64,000 nt of DNA, taken from Azolla caroliniana (Eukaryota > Plantae > Polypodiophyta). The DNA lies in contig JBHGNT010000016.1 in NCBI GenBank assembly GCA_043228905.1, positions 8,742,001 to 8,806,000 on the forward strand. The letters run 5' to 3'. Shown here in pieces: positions 48,501 through 61,444 of this stretch; position 1 is the first letter of the stretch, and each line of letters opens with the position of its first letter. A program made the position numbers and the translations under genes. The notes beneath the pieces were generated by a model, which saw only the letters and a list, made by a program, of their open reading frames with translations, did not search any database and had not been told where the DNA came from.

Positions 48501-50986
48501 GAAAATGTAGAAGACTGCCACAGAGATGGAAGCAAGGTTGAACAGCAAAGTCCAACATCAACAGAATGTTCTGGACCATCAAAAAGCTCAGATGGTAAAT
48601 CTGATTCGAATTCTTGGAGTGGAAAAAGTGGAGGACACAAAAAATGTGATGATAAAAAAGGAAAACAGAAAATGCAAGAGTATGAAATGTTGGATGACTT
48701 GTCTAAAAACATGGAAGATGAGGATTCAGATATGTCATTAGATGATCTTCTTGGTATAAGAGGATTGAAAATCTCTGGTATGGAAAAAGCATTGAAGGAT
48801 GCAAATCAGAAACTGAGAAGATCAGATAGAGAGAAAAAAACTGTTGAAAGATTTGGTTATGATACATATATGGCTATGCATTATGCAAATATGTCTAAGG
48901 TGGTACAGATCCCTGATCCAAGTAGTTTTGATGAGGCTAAAACTGAGAAGAAATGGGTGGATGCAATGCAAGAAGAGATTGATGCATTGGCTGAAAACAG
49001 AACATGGGATTTGGTGAAGTTACCAAAAGGAAAAAATGTGGTAGGTTGCAAATGGGTCTACAAGACAAAGCATGATTCCAGTGGGAATGTAAGTAGACAT
49101 AAAGAAAGATTGGTTGCAAAGGGATATGCCCAAATGCAAGGAATTGATTATGATGAGACATTTGCACCGGTTGCAAAGATGGCAACATTGAGGACATTAC
49201 TGGCTGTAGGTGCAGCCAGAAGATGGTTTCTTTATCATATGGATGTAAAAAATGCCTTCTTACATGGTAACTTGGAAGAAGAAGTGTATATGTGTCAACC
49301 ACCAGGTTTTGAAGATAGGAAGCATCTAGATTATGTATGTAAGCTGAAAAAGGCTCTCAATGGACTGAAACAGGCACCAAGAACATGGCACAGAGAACTT
49401 TTAGATTATCTGAAAAAACTTGACTTCAAAATGTCAAAGACTGATTCATCATTGTATGTTAAAAGGAAAGATGATTGTATTGTTGTGATTCTGATTTATG
49501 TTGATGATCTCATCATTGGAGGTGATTTCATGGATGAAATAAGTAAGCTGAAAAGAAATTTGGAAATGAAATTTCATATGAAAGATTTGGGAGATCTGAG
49601 ATATTTTTTGGGTATTGAAATCATCAGATCTGAAAATGGTATATGTGTGTTGCAAAGACAATATGCAACAACTATGTTGAAAAAGTATGGTATGCTCAGA
49701 TGCAAACCTATTGGAGTACCACTAGATAAAAACTGCAAATTGAGGGCTGATTTGGGAGCCAAAATAGAAGATATAAACATGTACAGGTCTATGGTGGGCA
49801 GCCTTATTTATTTGACCATAACAAGACCTGATTTGAGCTATGCAGTTGGATTAGTCAGCCAATTTATGCAACAACCAACAAAGCCGCATTTGGACTGCAT
49901 TAGAAGAATTCTGAGGTATGTAAAAGCTACTCAAAACTATGGATTGTTTTACAGGGCTGATTTGGACATAAATTTGGAAGGATATACAGATGCTGATTGG
50001 GCTGGAAGCCAAACAGATAGAAAATCCACAAGTGGATATATGTTTACATTGGGAAGTGCAGGTATTTCATGGAGTAGCAAGAAACAGGCTACTATTGCAT
50101 TGTCTAGTACTGAAGTTGAGTACAGAGGAGCTACCATAGCCACTTGTGAAGAGGCATGGATCAGAAGATTGCTTGCTGATTTGGGAGAGTATATAGATGG
50201 TACTGTCACAATCTGGTGTGACAACATGAGCAGCATTCAGCTTGCAAAAAACCCAGTGTTCCATGCAAGAACAAAGCACATTGAAGTGCATTATCACTTT
50301 GTTAGAGAAAAAGTGATTGAAGGAGAAGTTGATCTGGTGTATGCGAATACAAATCAGCAGGTTGCTGATATTCTCACAAAGGGATTGAGTGTGGAAAAGC
50401 ATACACAGTTTCAGAACATGATGGGAGTTGTAGACACTGATATGATGGCTGAAAAGCATCATGGAAAAGAAGTGGTAGATAACCCCAAGAAAGGATAAGT
50501 TGAGCTTGAGGGGGAGTGTTGAGAAGCAAGCTCAACATGGTATGTGATGCTTATTAGGAAATAAGCTATAGTAGCTATTTAGCTACTTGTGAACATAAAG
50601 GAGAAATAGCTAATTAGCGACTGAAAGCTAATTAGTTACTGACAGCTATTTAGCGGTTGACAGCTAATTAGCTGCATACGTAAGTAACTTATTACTTAGG
50701 TAAAAAAGTAAGAGAGTAGAAAGTAAGAAAAATATACAGGAAGTAGAACTCTGAGAGAGAGAGTGAGGATAGAGAGAAAGAACTCAGAGAGTGAGAGCAA
50801 AAAAGAGAGAAACAGACGAGAGCAAGTAGAGCTCCGCGTGTAATGAAATAGAAGAAGTTTTGGCTGCTACAGAGGTAAGTCTCCTTCCCCCTTCCCTTCT
50901 GTGTTTGAGCACTAAACGATCCAACACACCACGATCCGCCGCGCACATAAGAAGAGCATGAGTGCCTGCTTCACGTTTTCTTAACA
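45554..50986 (+). mobile_element. Full-length Ty1/Copia element I, TSD CTCAG
   Basis: 470-bp LTRs at 45554-46023 and 50517-50986. CTCAG lies at 45549-45553 and 50987-50991. PPT GAGGGGGAG at 50508-50516 and a degenerate tRNA-iMet PBS (GTATCAGAGC). Confidence 0.96.
46164..50498 (+). pseudogene. Copia I gag-pol (GAG-PR-INT-RT-RH) with stops and frameshifts
   Basis: KLDKNNFPAWKFRM, WYVDSGASNHMT, VHTDVWGP, LRSDGGGEY, MDVKNAFLHG, YVDDLII, YTDADWAG, HARTKHIEVHYHFVRE. Confidence 0.95.
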
Positions 50987-50991
50987 CTCAG

Positions 50992-51560
50992 TGTGTGGGA
51001 AAGTTTGTGAGTGGTTCCTGGCCGCTTGTGTAGGCGTGTTGGCCCGTGGTGTGTTGTGCGGGACGTTTGGAGGGGGGTCTCGACGATGATTGTCGTTCTG
51101 CCGTCGATTGTTCCGCGAACCTCTGTAAGAGTTTCTTCTATCGTTTCGTGAATACCGTTGATCGTACCGGTCATCCCGGTCGTCGTCATATCGATCATAC
51201 TCCTCGTTAGCTCTATACTAGACATCGTGGTACTAGTCGCAGTGGTCGTCTGATCGCCTGCGATTGTCACGACGGTAACGGTCGTCGTTGCAATGGCAGT
51301 CGTCGTCACAACGGTAGTCGACGTTGCGATGATAGTTTTCGTCGTGGCGCTGGCGATCCAGAGAGCATGGTCGCTCATTTGCCCGAAGTCAGTATGATTG
51401 GCGTTCATCCCACCGGGAGTATGGTACTCCCATCTCGACCTGTGAGCCTTCGATAGTTCCCGGAACGATTGGTCAGTGACCGCTGAGTCGGAAGTTCCTT
51501 CGACTGGCTCAAGGCATCGGGCAGGTGGTTGAGACCGCGTGATGCGATTGGGCGTCGTAA
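50992..51560 (-). pseudogene. Gypsy F gag 5' part (RD/Y-rich; appears internally deleted)
   Basis: Lies between the PBS and the Copia I TSD. It has RD-rich coding like the A/E gag, but no recognisable capsid region. Confidence 0.6.
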
Positions 51561-52046
51561 TGGCGGCTGGAGTTTGCCTCCTATGTAGTTCGCTGTGACC
51601 TTATAGCAGTAACTAGGCGTGCCAAATTGTGTTAACCGTACATGGGCTACAACCCATTAGGCAATAACATAGCTCAACTTACGAGTACGGGGAGAATACC
51701 CAGATAACAGAATAGTAAGAGCGAAACTTATATTAAATGATAAAGCTCACAGTGATTACAGTACTCGACTCTCGGCCAAAAAACAGTTCGTGTAGAGCTC
51801 GCTGCTATGATATTAATCTCGCTAAAAATGATCTAGATATCTCTCCCTTGAGGTATGCATATCTCTGGTTATATAGTTTTCCTCCTAAGACAAAGCCGAA
51901 CCATCGACTGATTGTGAGGGCTAAGAACTCGACTATTTCTAGTTTTACCTATTTCCTCACCTATTCTTCTACCTAATGGCAAGTTTACATAATGTATTTA
52001 TATTTTTGGCCTATGGACAACAATTGGTTGCGTTATAGGTCTAAAT

Positions 52047-55000
52047 TGTTGGGAGACAGGTCCCTCCGGATGGGAAGAGAGAAGAACAGTGCCGACGAAC
52101 AAACTCAGCCGAGGCCGAAACGGTATGAACCGGATGGGGAATACCCGACTGCGGAGAGCCGGATGGTGTAGGCCCGGTATGAACCGGATGGGGAGTACCC
52201 GACTGCGGAGAGCCGGATGGTGTAGGCCCAGTATGAACCGGATGGAGAGTACCCAACTGCGGAGAGCCGGATGGGAACCCATCGAGGCTACATTTGTAAA
52301 TAGCCGAAAAGTCATATTAGTATAAATATGACTTAGGGCAAACTTTTTAGTTGTGTCGTTTTTTGTTGTTGTCATTCTTTCTTGTTGGTGCAAGAAGTAG
52401 AGAGAGCGCGTAACTGTACAGAGAGAGAGAGATAGAGACGAGGTCGTTGCCTCTGTTGTAACCGCCGCCTGTGGCGAAGATCTGAGAGCACGAGGTCGTT
52501 GCCTCAGTGAACTCACTGTTGTATATTCCTACATAGTGACAGTTTGCAGCCTGTGGGCTGCCGTGGTTTTTCCCCTATTTTGGGGTTTTCCACGTAAACC
52601 TCCTGTGTACCATTTCTCTCCTTTTTGTTGCGTTTCATTACCTATTTTTCTGTGTATGTAAAGAATCTCGGTTGTGGCCGAGCGTCGGACATAAGGAACG
52701 TCGAGTTCTCTACAAGTGGTATCAGAGCGAAATCGACACAGAAAATGGACGAATCGTTTGGCGGCATGTTCAAGCTCACCGGCTCCAACTATTCAGTGTG
52801 GAAGTCGAAGATGAGGGACATGCTCGTGGTTAAAGACCTCTGGCTGCCGGTTCAGTTCAGGGACAAGAGACCGGACAAAATCGACGCCGCGATATGGGAG
52901 GTGATGCACATGAAGACAACGGCGTACATACGGTGCTTCATCGACATGAGCCTGTACAACAACTTCAATGAAGAGAGCAAGGCTCATGAGCTCTGGGAGA
53001 AGATCGGCATAATGTTCCAGAACAAAAATGTTGTCAATCACGTGTCGGTATTCCGGAAGCTAGTAAGACTCCGGTACCAAGATGGCTCCAGCATGGCGGA
53101 GCATATGAATGCCTTCCAGGGGCTGATCCACCAGGCAACGTCGTTGGAAGTACCTCTTGCCGATGAGGTCCTAGCGCTACTCCTGCTCGGTTCCCTCCCA
53201 GATAGCTGGGAGACGTTGGTTGTCACTTTGGGCAATGCCGGGCCGGAAGGAAAACGGTTATCCCTAGCAAGAGTAAAGTCGAGCTTGCTAGATGAGGAGG
53301 CTCGTCGGAAAGACAAAGATACGAGCTCCGACTCCAAAGCGCTCCTTACCGAATCGGAACGCGGAAGACATAGAAACCGTAGTCCCCAGAACCGGGAGAA
53401 GTCGGGGACACGGTCAAAGTCAAGGGGGAGGCTTACTTGCTTCAATTGTGGCAAGCCGGGACACTTCCAAAAGAACTGTCGGCATTTCCGAAAAGACAAG
53501 GAAACCGACGGTACCGATTCGAAACAAACCCCGAACCGGAACGGTACAGACCGGAACGGTAAAGACCGGAGGGGGCCGGACCAGAAGGGAACGACGGCAA
53601 TTGCGGCAAGTGAAGAGGAGTTGATGCTCATCACCGAGGAGAGTGAGATAAACCATGCCGGCGACGAGATGACCTAGGTGGTAGACTCCGGAGTGTCGTT
53701 CCACCTTACCCCGGACCGGAAATGCTTCTCATCCTACTCAGCCGGTAATCACGGCTGTGTCCGGATGGGGAATGAAGGAACATGCCGAATTGTCGGCATA
53801 GGAGACGTGTGGCTGACAACACCAACCGGATGCAAGTTGTTGTTGAAGGATGTCCGACACGTTCCGGAAGTTCTTCTGAACCTGATATCAGCCGGTCGGC
53901 TAGATGATGAAGGCTACACGAGTAGCATCCGGAACGGTGTCATGAAGTTCAGCAAAGGGAGCCTGATTGTGGCTCGGGCCCGGAAGGTAAACACACTGTA
54001 CCTGATGAATGCCCGGTTATGTCCGGAAGAAGTGAACGTGGCTTCCGACATTGCCGGTGAGCTGTGGCACAAGAGGCTATGTCACATGAGTGAGAAGGGG
54101 ATGAAGAGGCTTGGAGACGACAACCTCATTCCAGTTAAGAACGTGCACTTAGAGAAGTGCACTGATTGTCTGGCCGGTAAGCAGAACCGGACCTCCTTCC
54201 AACCAAGGCCACCGATGAGACGTAATGCACCACTGGAGTTGGTGCATACGGACGTTTGTCAAGTAGACACAAAGTCACATGCCGGAGCGCAGTACTTCGT
54301 GACGTTCATAGATGACCACAGCCGAAAGTTGTGGGCCACACCGCTGAAGACGAAGGATCAGGTGTTATCAGTCTTCAAAGAGCTCCACGCGAGGGTGGAA
54401 AGAGATACCGGCCGGAAGCTGAAGGCGGTTCGAGTAGATAACGGAGGAGAGTACCGGGGGCAGTTCGAGGAGTACTGCCGCTCGAAGGGAATCCGGCTCG
54501 AATTTACCGTGCCGAAGACGCCGGAACTAAACGGACTGGCCGAGAGGATGAACCGGACCATAATGGAGAGGGTCTGGAGTATGCTAGCGCATGCAAAACT
54601 ACCCAAGAAGTTTTGGGCTGAGGCACTGTCGACGGCGACATATGTGATAAAGAGATCACCCTCAGTACCCTTGGACGGAGACACGCCACAGAGAGTATGG
54701 ACCGGTAAGGAAGTGTCCTACCGGCATCTGAGGGTGTTCGGGTGTCTCGCGTACGTGCATGTAGCAAAGGACCAGAGAGGAAAGTTAGATCCAAAGACCC
54801 GGCCATGCATATTCCTCGGTTACGGTGACGATGAGTTCGGCTACCGAGTGTGGGACCCGGTCGACAAGAAGGTATTCCGGAGACAAGACATTATCTTCAT
54901 GGAGGACAAGACGCTCGCCGATTGGGAGTCGGAGAAGAAGATAATGAACTCCGAGTCGACCGGTAAGGATAGACTCTACAATGAGCAGACCCAACCGACA

Positions 55001-57429
55001 AGAGACCAGTTAGCACTAGAGGAACCAGCCGGTTACAGTGAGGATACCGAACCGGCAGAAGAAGAAGTAGAGGAAGCTGAGACCGGAACCGGTCAAGACC
55101 CCGAATCGGATTCGGATGAAGAGCAAATGGAGGAACCGGTTACCGAAGCCCGAAGACGTAGATATCCTCTCAGAGAGAGAAGGGCGCCCCGGAGATTTCC
55201 GGATGCAGAGCATGTCCTGCTGGCCGATGAGGGGGAGCCGGAAATCTTCGAAGAAGCGAAGGAAGACACCCACAGCCGAAAATGGTTAAGTGCCATGCAG
55301 GATGAGATGGATTCCCTGCATGAGAACCATACGTACGAATTGGTGGAGCTGCCGAAAGGAAAGCGGGCACTCTGAAACAAGTGGGTGTTCAAGTTGAAAC
55401 CCGGAGATGTCGGCAACCCCCCGAGATAGAAAGCCAGGATCGTGGTGAAGGGGTTCCAGCAGAAGAAGGGCGTGGACTTCGACGAAATATTCGCCCCGGT
55501 AGTAAAGATGACCTCCATCCGGACGGTGCTGAGTATATCAGCAAGCATGGATCTCGAGGTAGAGCAGCTAGACGTGAAGACGGCATTCCTTCACGGCGAC
55601 CTCGAAGAGGAGATCTATATGCAGCAACCGAAAGGATTTGTGGAGAAAGGGAAGGAGCACCTGGTATGCCGGTTGAAGAAGAGCCTGTACGGACTGGAGC
55701 AGGCTCCCCGGCAATGGTACCGGAAGTTCGACTCCTTCATGACCGATCAAGGGTACCATAAGACGCAGGCCGATCACTGCGTGTTCGTGAAGAAGTTCGA
55801 AGGAGGGGACTTCCTGATACTTCTCCTGTACGTGGATGACATGTTGATCGTCGGACAAGACCAAGGCAAAATACGGATGCTGAAGAAGGCTCTCAACCGG
55901 ACCTTCTCAATGAAAGACTTGGGTCCGGCAAGACAGATGTTGGGGATGCACATCATTCGGGACCGGTCAGTGAAGCAATTATGGCTGTCACAGGAGAAGT
56001 ATGTGACAAAGGTGCTTCACCGGTTCAACATGTCAGATGCAAAACCAGTCGGATCGACACTTCCGGCAAACTGCAAGTTGTTCGGCAAGCAAAGCCCGAA
56101 GACAAAAGGAGAGAAGGCAGATATGATGAAGATTCCATATGCCTCTGCCGTCGGGAGCTTGATGTACGCAATGGTTTGTACCCGACCGGACATTGGATAC
56201 GCAGTCGGAGTGGTGAGCCGGTTCATGAGTAATCCCGGCAAGGAGCATTGGAACGCGGTCAAATGGATACTCCGGTATTTGAAGGGCACTTCAAATATGT
56301 GTCTCCGATTCGGCTCCGGGAAACCTCAACTGGACGGTTTCACCGATTCGGACATGTCGGCTGATGTGGATACCAGCCGGTCTACATCCGGGTATGTGAT
56401 GACATATGCAGGGGGAGCTGTTTCGTGGCAGTCGAGGCTGCAGAAGACGGTTGCACTGTCAACCACAGAGGCGGAGTACATGGCGGCTGTAGAAGCCGGC
56501 AAGGAAATATTATGGATGAAGGACTTCATCGGAGAGCTCGGTATCCGGCAAGAGGAATACCGACTCTACTGCGACAGTCAAAGTGCCATCCACCTTGCTA
56601 AGAATGCGGCCTACCATTCCCGGACGAAGCATATCCAGCGGAGGTATCACTGGATCCGGGAAAGGGTAGATGACCAGGAGTTCGCATTGAAGAAGATCCA
56701 CACGGCCGAGAACAGGTCAGATATGCTGACCAAAGTGCTGACACCCGACAAGCTGGACGCATGCCGGAAGAGGATCGGGCTGGAAAGACACCCCATGCCG
56801 GAGTGAAGGGGGAGTTTGTTGGGAGACAGGTCCCTCCGGATGGGAAGAGAGAAGAACAGTGCCGACGAACAAACTCGGCCGAGGCCGAAACGGTATGAAC
56901 CGGATGGGGAGTACCCGACTGCGGAGAGCCGGATGGTGTAGGCCCGGTATGAACCGGATGGGGAGTACCCGACTGCGGAGAGCTGGATGGGAACCCATCG
57001 AGGCTACATTTGTAAATAGCCGAAAAGTCATATTAGTATAAATATGACTTAGGGCAAACTTTTTAGTTGTGTCGTTTTTTGTTGTTGTCATTCTTTCTTG
57101 TTGGTGCAAGAAGTAGAGAGAGCGCGTAACTGTACAGAGAGAGAGAGATAGAGACGAGGTTGTTGCCTCTGTTGTAACCGCCGCCTGTGGCGAGATCTGA
57201 GAGCACGAGGTCGTTGCCTCAGTGAACTCACTGTTGTATATTCCTACATAGTGACAGTTTGCAGCCTGTGGGCTGCCATGGTTTTTCCCCTATTTTGGGG
57301 TTTTCCACATAAACCTCCTGTGTACCATTTCTCTCCTTTGTGTCGCGTTTCATTACCTGTTTTTCTGTGTATGTAAAGAATCTCGGTTGTGGCCGAGCGT
57401 CGGACATAAGGAACGTCGAGTTCTGTACA
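52047..57429 (+). mobile_element. Full-length Ty1/Copia element H (Tnt1/Tork-like), TSD TAAAT
   Basis: LTRs at 52047-52714 and 56817-57429. PBS TGGTATCAGAGC at 52717-52728, PPT GAAGGGGGAG at 56805-56814, and TAAAT at 52042-52046 and 57430-57434. Confidence 0.96.
52745..56806 (+). pseudogene. Copia H gag-pol, single frame with three premature stops
   Basis: ORFs 52625-53677, 53678-55375 and 55442-56806 are in the same frame. CFNCGKPGHFQKNC, VDSGVSFH, QLDVKTAFLHG, YVDDMLI, HSRTKHI. Confidence 0.95.
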
Positions 57430-57434
57430 TAAAT

Positions 57435-60310
57435 ACCACTGAGAATGGAAGTAATGAGACTACTATCAGCAATGAAGACAAGAAGGTAGTACTTTATGAA
57501 ATATTAAATGATCCATCAATAAAGGAGTTAGTTGATTGTGATGGTCTTAATGCAAACATAACATCTGTACTAATAAATAATCTTCGTAATAGTTTCATAT
57601 CCATGAGCAGGTCAGAAGATGATCTTGTCTTAAAAAGGTCTAGTCTAATGATGTTACTTAATAGTGATGTTGACGATCTTAACATTAGTGTGCTATCTAG
57701 GTAATTGATGTTAGTAGAAAAACTTTGTACACTACAATGAACCAGATAATTTCAAGTGGTGAAGGAACTAGTCTGCTAAAGCTAACAATAAGATGTAAGC
57801 CAATGACACCCATAACATCAGAAATCAAGGATTATAATCACCATATTTTGGACTAATGAGAGTAGGGTTTCACCCAATAAGACAGATTTATGTAGGAAAC
57901 GTGTTGGAAGGAGTCAATACAAGGAGCATCTCATTCATCTTCTTGATGTACCTTAGGTATTTACATTTATCTCAACTTTTGTTTTGATTTTTAAGCTTAG
58001 TTAGTTAGCTTAAAATATGATCATAAGTAACTAGCTACTGGTAATAGCTAAATAGCGATTGACAATAGCTAACTTAGCTATTATCAGCTAATTAGCTACC
58101 ACAATAGCTAATTAGCTATCTTAGAATATGACCATAGCTAACTAGCTACTGGTAATAGCTAAATAGTGATTGATAATAACTATTTTAACTATTATCAACT
58201 AATTAGCTACCACAATAGCTAATTAGCTACCTCAAAATATGACCATAGCTAACTAGCTACTAGTAATGGCTAAGTAGCTATTGCCATTACTAAACTAAGC
58301 TATTATCATCTAATTAGCTACCACAATAGCTAATTAGCTACCTCAGAATATGAGCATAGCTAACAAGCTACTGGCAATAGCCAATAGTAAACTTCGCACT
58401 TATAAGCTAATTAGCCATTGACAATAGCTAATTAGCTACTGGAAGTAGCTAGTTAGCTATGTGAGGAGTTAATTAGCTATTAAGGTAGCTAATTAGCTAC
58501 TAGCAATAGCTAGTTAGCTATGTCAAGCGCTAATTAACTACTATCAATAGCTAGAATAGTTAATTAGCTATTCTTAATAGCTAATTCGCGACTACGAGAG
58601 TATGATCATGGCTAATCAACTACCACACTATATCTAACTAACTACATCAGGTCACATTTTTTATACTCATTGGACTCCCTTTTTATTACGCAGGTTGATT
58701 TATTTATTAGGTTCAAGCGAATGCATCCAAATATCAAAGTTCAACTATGAACATTCAAGTCTCTTAAGACATACTTTGTGAGACGCTTAAAGGATCGATA
58801 CACATGCAGTTGCATTTACCATGTACAAATGGGTTTTCTCAAGGACTCTATTAATCTACTATGTCACCATAGCTCCTCCCTAGAGGATGCAGTGTGCACT
58901 TGTGAGTGCCCAATTTGTCAATCTAGCTTGCAAGAGCGATGTAAATTATCAGAGCATGTTATCTCATCCATGAGTGATCTTTTCGAGAAAATCTAAGGCT
59001 ATCTTCCACAGTCATAAATGTGTCATGGGTTTATGTCAAGATTCTGGCCCTCGTAGATTTAAGTGGTGTCCAAAAGAGTTGAGAAGTGAAATATTAATCT
59101 CTGTCAAGTTATTTGAGTCTGTGGACACCAATTTTGAAGGAAAGGTGTGTAAAAGCAAGGATCTAGTTAGGGAGTCGCTTAAACTAAGGGATTTGGCATC
59201 TCTATTTGTAATATCTCTAGGAAAGTTCATTAAACACAACTTCATTTATTCATGGTAGGCCCATTAGTTTAAGACTTGCATATCTTATTTACCAAATGAT
59301 TTAGTAGTATTAGTAGTAGATTTTGCAAAGAATTATACTTTCAAGCAGCAGACTGAAATTCAATCCATGCATTGGTGTTCAATGCAAGTAACCATTTTTG
59401 TGCACATAACATATTTTCGAGTTTCAGGTGATGTTAAGAAAGTAATTCATATTTTTATTTCTGATGATAAGAAGCATGATACCTTTTTTGTCCAACACTA
59501 GTTTAAGATACATTGGCAATGGTTATTTTGTCAACGTTTGGAGCTTACTCAACATTGGGTCTGGTTTGACGGAGCTGCGTCACAATTCAAGGCTAGGCGT
59601 CCATTTTATTTTGTTGGGAGGTATCCTTCTATAACAGGTTTGGAAATGAGATGGAATTTTGGGAAGTGAAGATAGATGAAGTAAATAGGGAGAAGACCTC
59701 GGAGTGCTAAGGAATTCCCGAATTGCGATCTCTCCATGTTATTCGGGGTTATTCTAGGTTGGATGGTCATTGTATTGCGGTTAGAGAATTAACTTGTTTT
59801 TGCTTCCATTGTGTGTGCAGGGAAATTGGAGGTATTGTTTAAACAAAGCATATATTCAGAATTGGGAGTACCATACATTGAATGATAAGGTCCGAGTAGA
59901 TAGAGAAACAAAAAAAATGTTAACTTCACATATCAAGGCCGTGGAGATACTTTGAGTGGTGTCATAAATGTTGTGGATAATTTCGTTGTAAATGCAGAAG
60001 AAGACAATTCAGAGGGTGTTGATTTCTATATATTGAAGTGCACGGTTTGTAAACAATGTGCAATGTAGAATATTGTAGATGATTGGGGAAATTTTGTATC
60101 TGCCAGGACATTCTACATCGAAGGTATTTTTTATGCAAGATTAGATGATTACGATTATGTGTATAGGCTTTTAGAAGACAAACCAGTAGCGTACATGTAC
60201 TCTCATTTGGTGATGTGCATCAATGTCCCGATGTTGCAATACAATAGCTACTCAAATTTATACACAGTTAGTGCTAATGTGTATGAATGTATTTACAACA
60301 GTATGTTATG
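57435..60310 (+). pseudogene. Decayed DDE DNA transposase, Sola2-like, with one intron (about 57957-58694)
   Basis: FWTNESRVSPNK, RRLKDRYTCSCIYH, FIKHNF, VVDFAKNYTF...EIQSMHW...QVTI, FISDDKKHDTFFVQH, WFDGAASQFK. GT...polypyrimidine-CAG intron. The superfamily call is from recalled motifs. Confidence 0.6.
57990..58640. repeat. Array of the palindrome (T)AGCTAATTAGCT(A) within the transposase intron
   Basis: Dozens of perfect and degenerate copies, with a higher-order unit of about 110 bp. Confidence 0.85.
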
Positions 60311-61444
60311 GAATTTGTAACTACAAGGAGATCATACCAGTTTTCTTGTAAAGTGGACAAAGTAATTGTATTGCAAAAAAATAGTTTAATAAAATCGTTT
60401 GGGAGTCTTTTTCTATTCTTGTTTCTTAATACAATCGTGTTTGTTAAATGTGTATTGATTATAGTCAATTTTACTTATTGCAACTTTCAGTTTTAGTGTC
60501 TATTCAATGTGCACAATGATGATTATACTGCCTAGAATACATTTTGGCAATGGTTTTTTTACTCTCAAGTGAACCCTGTACAAGTTCAAACAGTTTGCCA
60601 TTCTAAGAACAACTAGCAGCATGACATCAGAAATCAATGACCTATTTTAAAATTACACAGTAGATAATTTACTCAAAACAAGCGATTTAATTCTTCATTG
60701 ATTAATCGGTCATCAAATTACATATTTATAATACACCATTGGCAATGTCTACAAAGCGCCTATAAATAGGTAAGTTATTGTTGGTCAGTGGAACTTCTCT
60801 ACATATGTGATCTGCATACTGAGCTCGGTATGGTGTCCACAACCATGCAGTTACTTGGCAACTTAATGTTTTCACCAAGTCATTATCAGGCATTTCGTCG
60901 GGTACAATGAGACAGCATCTGCGAAGGTTGTAGTAATGCCGGAAATGTTCTGTATCCACAATCAACGTATTGTCGGCATTATATTCGGGCCAGGTATGCC
61001 AAAAATCAGAAAGTCTTTTGAATCTTGCAATATCTTGTTGCTCACATCTTTCTCGTGTCCACTGACCCTTGAAGCGTTTTCGCCACTTTGGGAAGAATTT
61101 TTCTACACACTTCCAAACATCTGAATGTAGTTTTTCACTTCAAATAAACAAATCAAAGTATTGCACAACCCACTCTAGAAATTGACTCGTGTCCCTCCTT
61201 GGTGTCATATATCGCACACTCATAAAGACTTTATCAAGCTCCAAGATCAAGGCTATTCTTTCGTCTTCTAATGGTTTAGGTTTCCATTCCTACAACTGAG
61301 CCTCTATTACACCAAGTATTGGTAGCACACAATCAATTTCAATCAACTTCGGTTCTGTCAACTATGTCTTTGGGTTTGGCTTCACCTTGTTTTGCTCTTG
61401 TGCAGTCATTGGGCATGGCTTCACACTGTTGCTATTCTTCTTAA

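Larger units (their letters stand above)
37649..52022 (-). mobile_element. Ty3/Gypsy element F (divergent relative of A-E), interrupted by Copia I
   Basis: LTRs at 51630-52022 and 37649-38034 (outer few bp lost). PBS at 51612-51624, pol at 41541-45553, extra ORF at 38221-41036. Confidence 0.9.

Noticed and set aside
51998-52516. Repeated-peptide ORFs in LTRs (also 37749-37976, 45729-45983, 56717-57109)
   Set aside because: These are incidental frames within LTRs, duplicated only because the LTRs are duplicated.
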